This document shows, one piece after another, positions 1-12,128 of a DNA stretch of 64,000 bases. Below the pieces are notes generated by a model. That model saw nothing but the letters and a program-made list of their open reading frames with translations. It had not been told where the DNA came from and ran no database searches. The position numbers and the translations under genes are program-made. The stretch comes from Felis catus (Eukaryota). The stretch is from the NCBI RefSeq assembly GCF_018350175.1, contig NC_058368.1, forward strand, positions 197,968,001 through 198,032,000, written 5' to 3'. Positions within the stretch are counted from its first letter, which is position 1, and each line of letters begins with the position of its first letter.

Positions 1-860
1 CGTGCTATTCCCACTTGTGAGATAATCACGGAGATGAAAAATATTAAGATTGAAGATGGATGGCCAAAATCCAGTGGCCTAAAAAGACTTAACAATGAGC
101 AGAGCGGACTTTGTGTAAGGGAATAAATGCTTAGGTGCCTGTTTTGCATTAAAGAAGTGGCAACTACCTAGTTATATTGCCTTCACAAATACCATGCAGG
201 CTAAACGAAATACCTAAACAAAACATGCCCGTGGGACCCAGGTGGAAGCACCGAGAGCTGCATTCCCCTCTTTTAGATAAAAGAAAAAAAAATTGCCCTA
301 GCCTTATTCCCCTTCTCCCCCTTGAGGCTACAGATAGAGCTGCTAGGAATTTGAGGAGCAGAAAGGCTTTCCAGCCAGTTTGTCTAAGAATCAAGCAGTA
401 TGGCCATAAGTCTCTTAGAAGTCATGTGGGATAGTGGGTTTCAATGATTTCTTAGTGTGGGGTTTAAGATCCTTCTCTCTAACAAAATTCTGTGTGGAAC
501 CCCATTGCCGAAAACAGCCAAAAGCTGAACTTGGGATTGGAGATCACCCCCAAATGATCCCCTTAGCTCCTCTGGTGACTCTGGTGCCTCTGTAGAACCT
601 CTAGGCTCCTGGTCTTATTGGACTCCCTCAACTGAGACAGGAATTGGCAGTTGGGGGATGGATGGAACGAGTTCAAGCTGGCAGAGCAGGGGGCCAAGCC
701 TAGCCTGACCACAAGACAGCCAGTTTTCTCTCTCTCCCAGATGCTTCTGGGTGAGAATAAGCACAGCTTATGGAGAGTGAAATAGGCTCATAGAAAGAGG
801 AGAAGTTTGCTGTGGAGGACACTGGCCGCAACTTCTTTTTTCTTCCCTTGAGGTACTCAC

Positions 861-985
861 AAATTCTCAATGCATAGGTGGCATTCATTCCCATAGGTGA
901 TGTAATCAGAACCACAGACAGGCAGGTACGTGATGGGGCAGGGGATGGCCACCACTGGGTACTTCTTGTAAATGCTGCAGTCCCC
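861..985 (-). CDS. SPINK7: SPINK7 coding exon 3 (Kazal domain, 125 nt)
   Basis: acacag|[41 protein letters not shown]+TT|gtgagt; contains five of the six Kazal cysteines. Confidence 0.96.
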
Positions 986-3070
986 CTGTGTTGGACACAA
1001 GAGAATGTCCTGCTGTTTTCGGGCCCCCAAGCTAGGCTACGCTGGCCTCTGTTGGGCAGGAGGCAGAATACCATCCTGGGAATCCCAGATCAGATATTCT
1101 GATGCTCCTATGGCTACTTCTATTAGTAATAATATTACCACCATGACAAATACTCGTACTGCTATCACCACTTCTGTGACTGCTAGGATAGTCTGCTATT
1201 ATTAATTCCTGAGAATTTCCATGCTAGGCATTAACCTTGAATTGTACATGAGTTTTTTTTTGTTTGTTTGTTTACTGAATAAGGTAGGCTGTTTATAGAT
1301 GGGGGGAAATTATGGCTTAAAAACAAAGAACTTGTATAACATAAACGCAGTTAATAATGGGTTTGGGATTTGAATCTAGAGCCCACCCAATTGACCAAGG
1401 TAACTGCCCTGCCTCTCACATGTTGCCCTTTCCATGAAGACTTTACCAGTCTCTCAGCTGGAAGTCATCTCTCTCTCCCTTAACTTGGGATTTTTTTTTT
1501 AGGCTACAGTTATTTATATGTATATCCCATTGCTTCAACTGCCTTCTGGAGAGCAGAGTTTTTAATCTGTGTCTGCCTCCCCCTTCTGCCCCCCAAACAC
1601 GCTTAATTAATTCTACATATATATTGCAAAAATGTTTGTTGACTAAATGTCAATGGAAATTGAAATTAAACGTAATTCAATATACTCACTTTTGTTAAAG
1701 ATAGGCTAGCAGCTTCTGAAAGAGAGTTAGAGATGGAAACGTTAAAAATAAAGCAAAGTCTTGAAGTCTCATTGATTAATGTAAAATCGGGCCTATAGAT
1801 TAAGACTCTGTATTTGCTATGGCAAGAAATCTCAGCTCACGCTTTGTTCTTATATAAAACTCCAGCTGTTTGCTGAAGAAGCCAAATGGCCAATAAGGTA
1901 AGCCCTTTATTCAGTCAAGAGAATTAGCCAGTTTCTTCCCTTTATTGACCACGAGATATTTTCTGGAGCTCATGATGATGGTTCAGATCATCATGAGTCA
2001 GATAGCAATAGAAGGTATTGCAGTCACCCCTCCTAAGAGCATGAAGTGCTGCCATCATTGATATTCTCTCCTCCAAAGCGACATAAAAAATGTAACAGAG
2101 GGGCGCCTGGGGGGTTCAGTCGGTTAAGCATCCAACTCTTGATTTCGGCTCAAGTCATGATCTCGTGGTTCATGAGATCGAGCCCCGCGTTGAGCTCTGC
2201 ACTGACAGTGCAAATTAGGATTCTCTCTCTCCCTTTCTTTCTGCCTCCCCCCCATAAATAAATAAACATTAAAAAAGAAATGGAATGGAATATTGTTAAG
2301 GTGTTAGAATCTTAATTTATTTAAATAATTTTCACCATATAAAAGTCTAATTGTCGACTCCTGGGCTTTGGAGAATTGGGTTTTATTTTGATCCTCCTGG
2401 ACTGATTTGGAGAGATATCCAAGTTTTTCTGTGTTGCTACACTGAGGAATCGTATCTAATAACGCCAACCACTTCCAGTGTTCTTATGAAATTAGGTAGA
2501 CTTGTGAAGAAATTAGTTCTTTTTTTTTTTTTTTTTTTTTATGATTCCATGGATGAAAATAAAAAATCCTTAAAAGCAAAGACCCTGGAACCAAATCCCC
2601 CAATACCAGCTAGTACACAAGATCCTCCCTTCCCAGGCCAGGGCTGTTTGTGTTAAAAACCAGTACACTTTATCTTTTTTGATATTTATTGATTGATTTT
2701 GAGAGAGAGGGAGAAAGAGCACAGGCGGGGAAGGGACAGTGAGAGGGGGGGTAGAGAGAGAGAGAATCCCAAGCAGGATCCATGCTGCCAGCTCAGAGCC
2801 CAACGTGGGGCTCGAACTCGCAAACCGTGAGATCGTGACCTGAACCCAAATCAAGAACCAGTCGCTTAACCAACTGAGCCACTCAGGTGCTCCACAAACC
2901 AGTACACTCTCAATCCACATGACCAGACATTTCTCTCAAATGCTGAGAAGGGGTTATTTGAGAAGACACGCTTAATGACTCTACAGGGTGCTGTCTACCC
3001 TTAACTCACCTGAGCTGCTGAAGAAATGGGTCACTGTGCAGAACAGGAGCAAACCCCCAATGATCTTCAT
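861..3070 (-). CDS. SPINK7: Serine peptidase inhibitor Kazal type 7 (ECRG2), 3'-partial; join of coding exons 3070-3010, 1715-1690, 985-861
   Basis: Spliced translation [70 protein letters not shown](L) closely matches recalled human SPINK7. All junctions are GT-AG with consistent phases, and the start is in Kozak context ccaccATG. The final exon (sixth Cys) was not found in 1-860 and presumably lies outside the window. Confidence 0.95.
1690..1715 (-). CDS. SPINK7: SPINK7 coding exon 2 (26 nt)
   Basis: ctctctttcag|AAGCTGCTAGCCTATCTTTAACAAAA|gtgagt = (E)AASLSLTK. Confidence 0.9.
2100..2280 (+). mobile_element. CanSINE (internally deleted)
   Basis: ggggcgcctgg head and aataaataaacatt tail. 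Confidence 0.85.
2675..2893 (-). mobile_element. CanSINE
   Basis: Full SINE; TSD aaaccagtacact. Confidence 0.92.
3010..3070 (-). CDS. SPINK7: SPINK7 coding exon 1 (signal peptide, 61 nt)
   Basis: [20 protein letters not shown]+G, followed by donor gtgagt. Confidence 0.93.
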
Positions 3071-3149
3071 GGTGGAGACGGCTGTGATGCGGATGCTCTC
3101 TAGGCTGTCACACCAGCTACATCAGCCATACCCCAGGGAAGGGGTCATG

Positions 3150-3155
3150 TTTATA
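3150..3155 (-). promoter_or_regulatory. Putative TATA box of SPINK7
   Basis: TATAAA on the minus strand about 80 nt upstream of the ATG at 3070. Confidence 0.55.
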
Positions 3156-4371
3156 TGCCAATGCTTGGTTTCTCCACCTTTCCTGTGAGGTCACCCAGAG
3201 TCAGTGCTGGCTCCGAGAGGCTCTCAAAGTACAACGTCACACCCTGGGTGGTTGCGGTTCTTGTCACTTAATTGCTACTTAATACCTGACCGACAAATTG
3301 ATTATTTGAGGTGAGAAGAATTTTCCTGTCTGCACCAGAGGTGGGGGCTGTTATTTAGAATTCTAAGCTTCACATAGTAGAAGAAATTAAGTACAGGCTG
3401 CTTGGCCTGGTGATGAAATAAGTTGAAACATCAAACTTTTTTTCACCAAATAAAGAATATTAGACTCAGATTAAACCGATCGCACTTAGTTTTATATCTT
3501 GCGTCCTCAGAAAATACTGATTATTTTTGAAGAAATGAACATCATAATTAGAGTTTCATACATGGTAGTTAGAATATGGAACGTGAGCTTCAGGACAACT
3601 CATTGAGGAAGGAATTCTTATTACCCTAATTTTACCAGTGAGTAAGTTGAGACTCAGAGTATTTAAGTAATCCTCACGAGATCATGAAACTAATTAATGG
3701 GGGAGCCTATGATGAGTTCAGTAATGGAAAAGGAGAGAAGCGAATGCCCTAATAAAGAGGGTTCCTTATGAGTTTTATTGTTTGCTGTGAACATCTGAAG
3801 AGAATGAATACTGAGAAAAAGCCATTATGTTTCAAGAATGGGTGTCTTTGTTGAGGTTTGAAAATGCGTTTAGCAAAGGGAAATGAGAATGGGTTCAAAG
3901 GGAGATGAGGATGAAGTAGAGAATAGCACTATAATGTTTTTTGGACATTTGATAATCAAAGAGAGGAGGGGAGTGGAAGAAGCCAGAGCTTCAGTGAAGT
4001 CTAGGGAACACTGAACATGCCTCATAGCCAAAGGGAAGAAGAAGGAATTTAAGATAGATGGTGGACGGTGGCTAATTGGAGCAGGATAGAGAAGTAGTAA
4101 ATAAGGTTAAGAACACAAGGTGAAACACCATTCCCTCTGTCATAGGAGACAGAGAAGAGCAGGTAAATGTAGAGACATATTTCAAAGGGAGAGGAAGAAA
4201 GATGAAAGGGTACCCATTGTAAGGTTGGCTCAGACTGTTAAATTCTGGGGTTACCGTTTGCAGAAAAAACTGTGTTGGTCTGGAAGCTGGAGAAGGATGG
4301 AGAGGCTTGGTACAGACGTCAATGGGAGAATGTCAGACAGTCAACAATGGATATAAACATTAATGGCCACT

Positions 4372-4591
4372 GGGGCACCTGGGTGGTCCAGTCGGTTAAG
4401 CGTCCGACTTCGGCTCAGGTCATGATCTCACAGTCTGTGAGTTTGAGCCCCACGTCAGGCTCTGTGCTGACAGCTCAGAGCCTAGAGCTTGCTTCGGATT
4501 CTGTGTCTCCCTCCCTCTCTGCGCCTCCCCTGCTCATGCTCTGTCTCTCTCTGTCTCGAAAATAAAAACATTACCAAAAAATTACAAAAAA
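4372..4591 (+). mobile_element. CanSINE
   Basis: TSD attaatggccact. Confidence 0.93.
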
Positions 4592-6444
4592 ATTAATGGC
4601 CACTGAACAACACTAGCACTAGATTTTTGCAGCACTAGATTTTGTCTCCCAAAATATGTTACAACACTGAGTGAGAAATGAAAAAAAAAAAAAATGACTT
4701 TCTGGATAGGAAGTGTGTACGTCAGAGACTGGAGGGGAACCATAAAGAGGGACATAGGCCCAGAAGAAAGTCAAGTGTTCAAGAAGGTTCTGATAGACTA
4801 TGCAAGATGTGAGCAGTTACGAATTTAGAGGTCACAGTTCAGAATACGTGTGAACTTAGTAGTAGCAGTAGGTGTAGGAAATATGAACAATTGTTTACGG
4901 AGGCTATGGCTAGTGGGCAAAATGTCAAATTAATTTCTCAGGGGTGGGGCTGACATAATAATCCTCAAGGGTGTATCCAGATGTAAAGCAGATAAAAGAT
5001 TGGTGAAAAAAAGAGTTCTTTGGATTTAAAAAGTTCAGGAAAAGTGAGATAAAATGATCAGACATGGGTTGCTTTGGTTTGGACAGCTGCTTACAGGAAG
5101 AAGAAAATTTTAAGTTGTACAATGAGCCATGAATTATAGAGGGAGGATCCTTTGAAGGTGAAAGATGAAGGCCAAGAAGACAAAAAGCAGTCCCTTTAGG
5201 CTCAGGGAAGTTTCTTTATTCCTCCTGACTTTCCTGTAAGGGGAGGGGAAACTTGAGGCCTTGTCAGACTATGACCATGGCTCCATGTTAGGGAAGGCAA
5301 GGTAGGACTAATGCAGAACAACATAAAAATAAAACGAGAGAAAAATTTGAGAATATTAGGGCTCTTTCCCCAGTGGATTTAAGGAATCACAGGGAAGAGA
5401 AAGGTGACCCATTAGGTTAGTGAACAGTGGTAGAATTCATTTGGATCAGGACCTGAATAAAGAGTTTCTGGGTCAGTTAGCTGGAGGGAACGAAGCAAGC
5501 CAGCACCATGGCTGGGCAGTAGTCCAGGTATAGAATAATGGCTGTAGGAAGGGAAAGGTACAGTAAGAAAATTAACCACATGCTGTGTACTTGCTGTGTG
5601 CTAGAACTGTTGTTACACCTGGTATATGCACTATCTAACTTAAAATAATCTTATGATCTGTGTGGTTATTTGTCCTGGTATTTAGCTGAGGCAACAGGGA
5701 CTTTGAGACATACCTAGTTTCAGGTTAAAAGCCAATGTTTTTTAATCACTCTGGTGTATGGCCTTTAAACGTAAATCTAAGACAAATCAAAGACAAGTTG
5801 GAAATTGGAATAATAGGAGTGAAGCTGATAAAATCAGAGCAGTTAGGAACAACAGCTAATGTTTAAATGAGCAGGCAGAAGGAGCTGAGTGCTGGATCAG
5901 AGTACATGGCCTTTTCATGTGTGAGGATCAGATGGAAAGAAGGAGGGTTCCAGGGGGGGACAGGGAACCTCTAGAGTCAAGGGACAAGGGTTCCTTCTCT
6001 GTCCCCTCATCCTCATCTAGCCAAGGTGCAATGCTGTGACAGTCCCTTTTCTACTCTATGCTCTCTGCTTCTCTCACATCTAATGACGTTAACCTAGTTG
6101 GGGTTTCAGGTTTTCAAGTAAAACCCTTCCTTGAAACACTAATATGTACAACTGATAAATAGAGCTGAGGATTGGAGGTAGGTGAGAAGCACTTGGGACT
6201 CTACTATTTAATTCTGTATTTTCCTCCTAATTGCTGCATCAGCCCATTTCTAATCCCCAGACTCCATCCTTCTTGGCATCCATCACAGGCTCCACCCAAT
6301 ACCCTTAAGGCCTTCTTGGGATAGTTTTAAAATCAATGACCTAGACTTGGGAGGACCAGTTCTTGCCTCTTGTCTGCCCTCCTCTCCCTTCCCTGTGTGG
6401 CTCCTTCACATCCTAGCTCTTTTTCTCCATCTCCCTCTCCTCCC

Positions 6445-6500
6445 TCTCCTCCTCCTCCTCCTTCTCCTCCTCCTCCTCCTCCTCCTCCTCCTCCTCCTTC
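6445..6500. repeat. (CCT)n microsatellite
   Basis: Direct reading. Confidence 0.9.
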
Positions 6501-9321
6501 TATGTAGCCCTCACTGTGTTCATGCCCTTTTGTGCACTGGGGCACAGTGACATAGAGATCTGGCTATTTGCATTTTGATCTTGTGTCTGGCAGGACCTTG
6601 TTCCTTGCTTCTCATGGGAACAGGGAGTTATCACATCCAAGGATCCTGTGCTTTGGTTCTCTTTAATTTCCTTTGAATTGATGAGGTCAGATAGTTTTGA
6701 TTATGGGACAAGATGGTGTGAATGAAAAGTAGCAACTCTTTTTCCTGTTGGTTCATGTTGCTCCTAGGTTATCTCATGCTATCTGGATTTAGATTTTACA
6801 CACACATGGAGTTTCCAGCTCCTATTGACAAAATCGTGTCTACTGTGCTCAGTGCCAAAGGGAACACTATTTCTTTTGGGAAGATCCACAATGAACTTTA
6901 TTTTATTAAAGCCTCTGTTAAAATTTCTGCATTACTCAATTTTCTTCAAACTTAATTCTCCATAGTTATTATTTTACAAACATTAGATAACATCTAACGA
7001 GATGTTAGAGTTTTCTTCAACACTGAGAACTAAGAATTTACTCCAATTTCGTATAAAGTCATGTTGTCCAATATAAAGATTTGTAACCAAAGAAGATCAC
7101 TGAATTTTTGTTCTGTTTGGACTGCTCAGGAGTTCTTTATCATATTGAATAGAACTCCACTTCTATATGACTTTCTAGTTCTTTATAGTGGAGTCTAATA
7201 GAATGAATCTGCTTTCCCTTTCCAAGTGTATCCCTCCAGATTTGCAAAGGCAGCTTTGGAGGAACTGCTCAAAGTCTTTTCTCCCCATATGATACAGATC
7301 AACTTCTTTAATGATTCCTTTACAGTATATAATCCCTTCAGTCCTCCATACCCCGACATATTAATGTTGCATTATTTAATAACAGTGAAACACGAGTCAT
7401 AATCAAACTCACCTTTTCTGCTTGCTATTCCAGTCACTATTATCCTCACTGGAGATACAGAGATAAATAAGGCAGACAAAGACACTACTTCTTAGAACTT
7501 ATTTTCTTATATAGTAAAATAAGGGGACTAATAAATAATATAGAAAGATGATTTCATATTTTGACAAGTATTTCAAAGAAACTGTATCATCGTGTTGGAA
7601 TAGTGAGTAGTATGGAAATAGGGAACAAATTGCATTGGGTGATTAGAGAAGGCTTCTGAGGATCTGAATGCTGAGGGCAGACACCTGAATGATGACAAGG
7701 AGCCATTCTGGGAAAGCCAGGGAAACAATGGCTGCAGAGAGAAGAGCTAGAGATGGCCGCAGGCAACAGCAAGCCTATTGAAGGATTCCATTTTCTCCAA
7801 TTCCAGGATTACGTTAAATGGCTGCTTTTTCCTTGAAGCATTCAACACGTAAATCATTCAGGCTCTAGCCCATGTCTTCTGCGATTAGACCACACGACTT
7901 GATTTGCGCTGAATTCTATGTAAGCTAGAATTACAAAACTCTTGAATCTGTGTTTTTCTACTTTAGCTGGTCTTTTCCCCACGAATCCCTCTTCTTATTA
8001 GTTCCTATTACAAACTTTCCTTCTCGTGACTTCGCTTAGAGTCTGCGTCTAGGGGTTTATGGTCTCAAACATTCATTTAGTGTCTACCTGTTGAACTCCT
8101 ATGCCTCACTTGTTATTATATGACCTTGTTTTATTCATTTTCATCACAGAATTCATTGTTACCTGATATTTCCTGTTCCTTAATTTGTATATTATTCATC
8201 TCTCATCACTGGGATGCGGGTTCCACAAGAACAGGATCTCGCCTACCTTGTTTGTTTGCCTCTACTGGCCTCAAGTTCGGTCCCTTGCAGAATAAGAACT
8301 ACTCCACAAGTAATTACTAAATTAATGGTTTTAAGATTCCACATCATTAGTCACAGGTAGAGTAACAACAGAATTCATCCAGCATTGGGGAGAAATCATC
8401 TGGTTTACATCAGTGAATTTAGAAAGAAATAAAGCATACCTCATTGGAACTTAGATGCAATTCATCATTTTAGGTTGCATTTGACTTCAATAAGAAGAGG
8501 AAACTGTGAAATGTTTAACACAGTGTCTGTCCTCGACCTCGTTTCCTCTATGACTCAGAATCTTCCTTTCAGTTGAAATCACAGTTGTCTGATGGAACAA
8601 GGGCCCCTCTGCAGAGCTCCCTTGGGTGGAAAAGGCCAGAGGATAAAGGTACCCATTAGAGCTGAAAGAGAGCCTCTGCCTGATTCTTAGCTGCTACCTT
8701 GTAGTGCCCATAAATCTAGAAAAAGATTTATCAACTAAGCAAAAGTCTCTATGACTTAAGGTTATACCTACATTCTTTAAGATGGTTACTACCTAAATGT
8801 AGCATGTCAGGATCAGATGGCCAGGCTAACAGGAAATAACTATGTCCACATCTTGTTGCTCTTACCAAACTTGTCTCACTCTGGCTCTTCTGCCTAGAAG
8901 GTAATTAATTTCCATTTCTTAATTTTTATTTATTAAATAAATACATTTATTGTTCTCCTGTTCCATTTCTTTGGTCTGCTTTTTATTATTTTTGAAAGCA
9001 GAGATGGAAAGGTGAAATAACAAAATGATGTTAAATCACACAATATGTTCAAAATTAACAAGAGATCTGTATCTTAGGAGATTCTTTACTTTGAGTTAAC
9101 AGAAAGACCAGAAACTGTTTCCACAGCTCCAAAGAGAGTCACCCTAATGGGCCTTCCTGACCAGGGGTCCCGGGGAAGGGAGGAAGGATGATGTAAGATG
9201 CCAAAGGCCCTGTTGCCAGCAGAACTGAGCTGCGTATTAGCTGGAAAGGTGACGGAGAAAGCAGAGCTGTGCGGACCCTTCTGGTTGAGGAACAACTGGT
9301 AGGTTTAAGGTAGAAGAGTGA

Positions 9322-9340
9322 GGCTGACATCTAGTGGCAG
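9322..9340 (-). promoter_or_regulatory. Candidate CTCF site between SPINK13 and SPINK7
   Basis: Minus strand CTGCCACTAGATGTCAGCC resembles the CTCF core CCASYAGRKGGCRS with one core mismatch. Motif match only. Confidence 0.4.
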
Positions 9341-9727
9341 CAATAGGTAATGGCACAGGGCACACAGAAGCCGAAGGCTGATCACTGTTCTTTTTCATTT
9401 CCTCAGCCTCAAATACAGTAAGGGCTTCATCTCCCTGTGTTAGTCAAGATCTTTCAGCTATAAGTGACGGCTTGTAAGATGGATAAACAAAAAAGAAAAA
9501 AGAATTTATTGACTGATGTAATAGGGACGACAGAATGGAGTAAGGATTAAAATTGCTACAACTCAGGGGTCGTATGGTATCCACTCTTCCTCTCAAAAAC
9601 ATACTTACCCCCCCAGAAGTTCTTGGTGCTCCTTCTCCCTCCTTCTCTTAGCACACGAGCATTTTTTCCCTCTAATTAAAGTGAACTTCATTCATGAGTA
9701 TGAAGTAGAAAGGCTCAAACAGCTATT

Positions 9728-9729
<2 letters not shown>

Positions 9730-9771
<42 letters not shown>
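9730..9771. repeat. (GT)n microsatellite
   Basis: Direct reading. Confidence 0.95.
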
Positions 9772-9772
<1 letters not shown>

Positions 9773-10100
9773 TGTGCATTTGCTCATTGTTCAAGTGAGA
9801 TTCATGGGGCACAGTAAGATCTTGCAGGTGAACCTGAAATTTGGGGTGAGTTAATTCAGGAGTGCGTTAGGAATACCATTTGATGATGGACCTTAGACCC
9901 AAGCAAAATGAAAGCTCATTTTATTTATTTTTATTTTTTTTTTGAAAGCTCATTTTAAACAATCAGTACACAGAGATAAATGTCTACCACCTCTTTCATT
10001 ATTATGCTTAATTGTAATAAATGTGACACTTGGTTCTCCATTAATTTGATTCCTTTGTTTTCAGTTTTGTTCCAAATTTGGCTGTAGCACAGACGTGTTG

Positions 10101-10106
10101 TTTATT
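10101..10106 (-). terminator. Polyadenylation signal of SPINK13
   Basis: AATAAA on the minus strand about 80 nt after the stop codon. Confidence 0.65.
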
Positions 10107-10187
10107 ACATGCCCTCACATTCCGAAAGAAATAATTCTCAGAATTAAGTAGTGAAACGAATAAGCCAGTGTAGGACTCCATTACTTA

Positions 10188-10236
10188 TTAGTCACATTTT
10201 CCATATTTATCAAATTTAATATGAGGACCAAATTCC
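10188..10236 (-). CDS. SPINK13: SPINK13 last coding exon
   Basis: ctcttctctttag|G+[18 protein letters not shown]. Confidence 0.94.
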
Positions 10237-11487
10237 CTAAAGAGAAGAGATTAAAAAAAAAAAAGGAGGTTAGTATCATAAGGAAACTGGGTATTGCTTC
10301 ACATTCTCTCATCTTCCCAATGTACCCCTGAGAAAGGGAGCCGCTTTGCAATTCCCTCTATACCCATCTCTTTTCCTGCCCGTCCCCCCCTTTCCTCTGT
10401 ATCTTAATTATTCAAAGAGGTGTTCCGTGAAGTTTTTCAACAAAGAATCTTTCATCCCTTAACTCATTCCCGTTTTGATACCTTTCCATTCAACACAGCA
10501 ATGCTAGATTTTCTTTTTTACCAAGAAGTAAAAGATAATCATAGGAAGAGTGTGATGCATGGTCATTCATATAATTCGCCCTGTTCAAATTTTCACTAGG
10601 TTTACACGGCTCACAGAATACAGTCTACTCTCCTTACTTGGGCCTATATTTTCCCCCAGAAAGCTAGCCTTTGCCTAACCTTCCACCTTTATGTATTACT
10701 GTTTCCTAAACACATAATGGGCATTTCAACATAATTTTTCTCCTTATTATTTCCCTAAAGACACGGCACATTTTCTCAATTTCAAATGTTTTCTCGAGCA
10801 GAGAGCCTTGGATAAGTTGCCCATTCTATTTCCTGTTGAATTTTTTCAAAGAACGCTGTACCCTTCGCTTCTTTCAAGAGACTCCCCACATTGTCCCCTA
10901 TCTCAGGTTTACCTTTGATGTATATCTGATCTACTCGCCTGGTTAAGGGATTGCAGACATGTTAACTTGTAAGAGGCAAGCTGGTAATGGAGTGGGCCAC
11001 TTTCATCATAACGGAGAGGTGGGGCTGTCTGAAATGTCTGAACTCCATTTGGACGGGCAGCTACTACTCGGCAGTTGTTGCTTATATTTTTCATGTGAAA
11101 TCCTAGCTTACTATTAGCATAACCTTGACGTTTCAAAATACGTTGGAAATGTATATTTTTAGGTAAAATAAGATTTTTGAAATGCTGTCGACCACTTCAA
11201 GACTTACTAAAATACTGTTTTGATTGAACAAAATCAATGCTGTTTGTTGTTATCATGAATTTTCCTAGGCATATATTCATTTTGCCAAATGAGATTACAA
11301 ACTTCCGAAGAGTCCAGGATCTATTTCCTACAACTCTCTCTTTTCTTGGTAGTTATTATATGAGTCCTGCACTGAGTAGCCTTGAGGGATTCTTCTAAGG
11401 ATAGTGACTATAATTCTGTATCAATTCTGGCCAAAACTTGCACTCCTCTCTTTCTTTCTTTTCTTCCTTCCTTCCTTCCTTTCTTTT

Positions 11488-11566
<79 letters not shown>

Positions 11567-12073
11567 CTTTTTCTTCTTTCTTTCTTCTTTCTTTTTCTTT
11601 CTTTCTTTCTGCTTCAAGTTTTTACTTAAGTTCCAGTTAGTTAACATATAGTGTAATATTATATTCAGGATTTTAATTTAGTTAATCATCACTTTCACAT
11701 AATACCCGGTGCTCATTAGAAGTGCCCTCCTTAGTACCCGTCACCCATTTAGCCCATCCTTTACCCACCTCCTTCTCACAATCCTCTGTTTTTCTCTATA
11801 GGTAAGAAAGAGTCTCTTATGGTTTGCCTCTCCACCCGCCCCCCCCCCCCGCTGCATATTCATCTGTTTCATTTCTTAAATTTCACATGAGTGAAATCAT
11901 ATGGTACTTGTCTTTCTCTGACTGAATTATTTCGCTTAACATACCACACTCTAGCTCCCTCCACGTTGTTGCAAATGGCAAGATTTCATTCTTTTTTTAA
12001 TGTCTGAGTAATATTCCATTGTATATATACACCACATTTTCTTCTTTAAAAATTTATTTATTGAGAGAGGGAC

Positions 12074-12128
<55 letters not shown>

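Noticed and set aside
983..985. Gly (GGG) at the start of SPINK7 exon 3 where I recall Val in human
   Set aside because: A single substitution outside the cysteine framework with the frame intact; no evidence of consequence.
700..1074. 124-aa ORF overlapping SPINK7 exon 3
   Set aside because: Wrong frame; the Kazal reading is in another frame bounded by splice sites.
1969..1997. Perfect 11-bp inverted repeat ctcatgatgat/atcatcatgag with a 7-nt loop in SPINK7 intron 1
   Set aside because: Too short for a pre-miRNA, partly a (GAT)n repeat, and without other support.
6333..6550. Poly-Gly and poly-Leu ORFs
   Set aside because: Translations of a (CCT)n microsatellite.
11382..11651. F/L/S-rich and K/E/R-rich ORFs
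   Set aside because: Translations of the (TTTC)n L1 tail.
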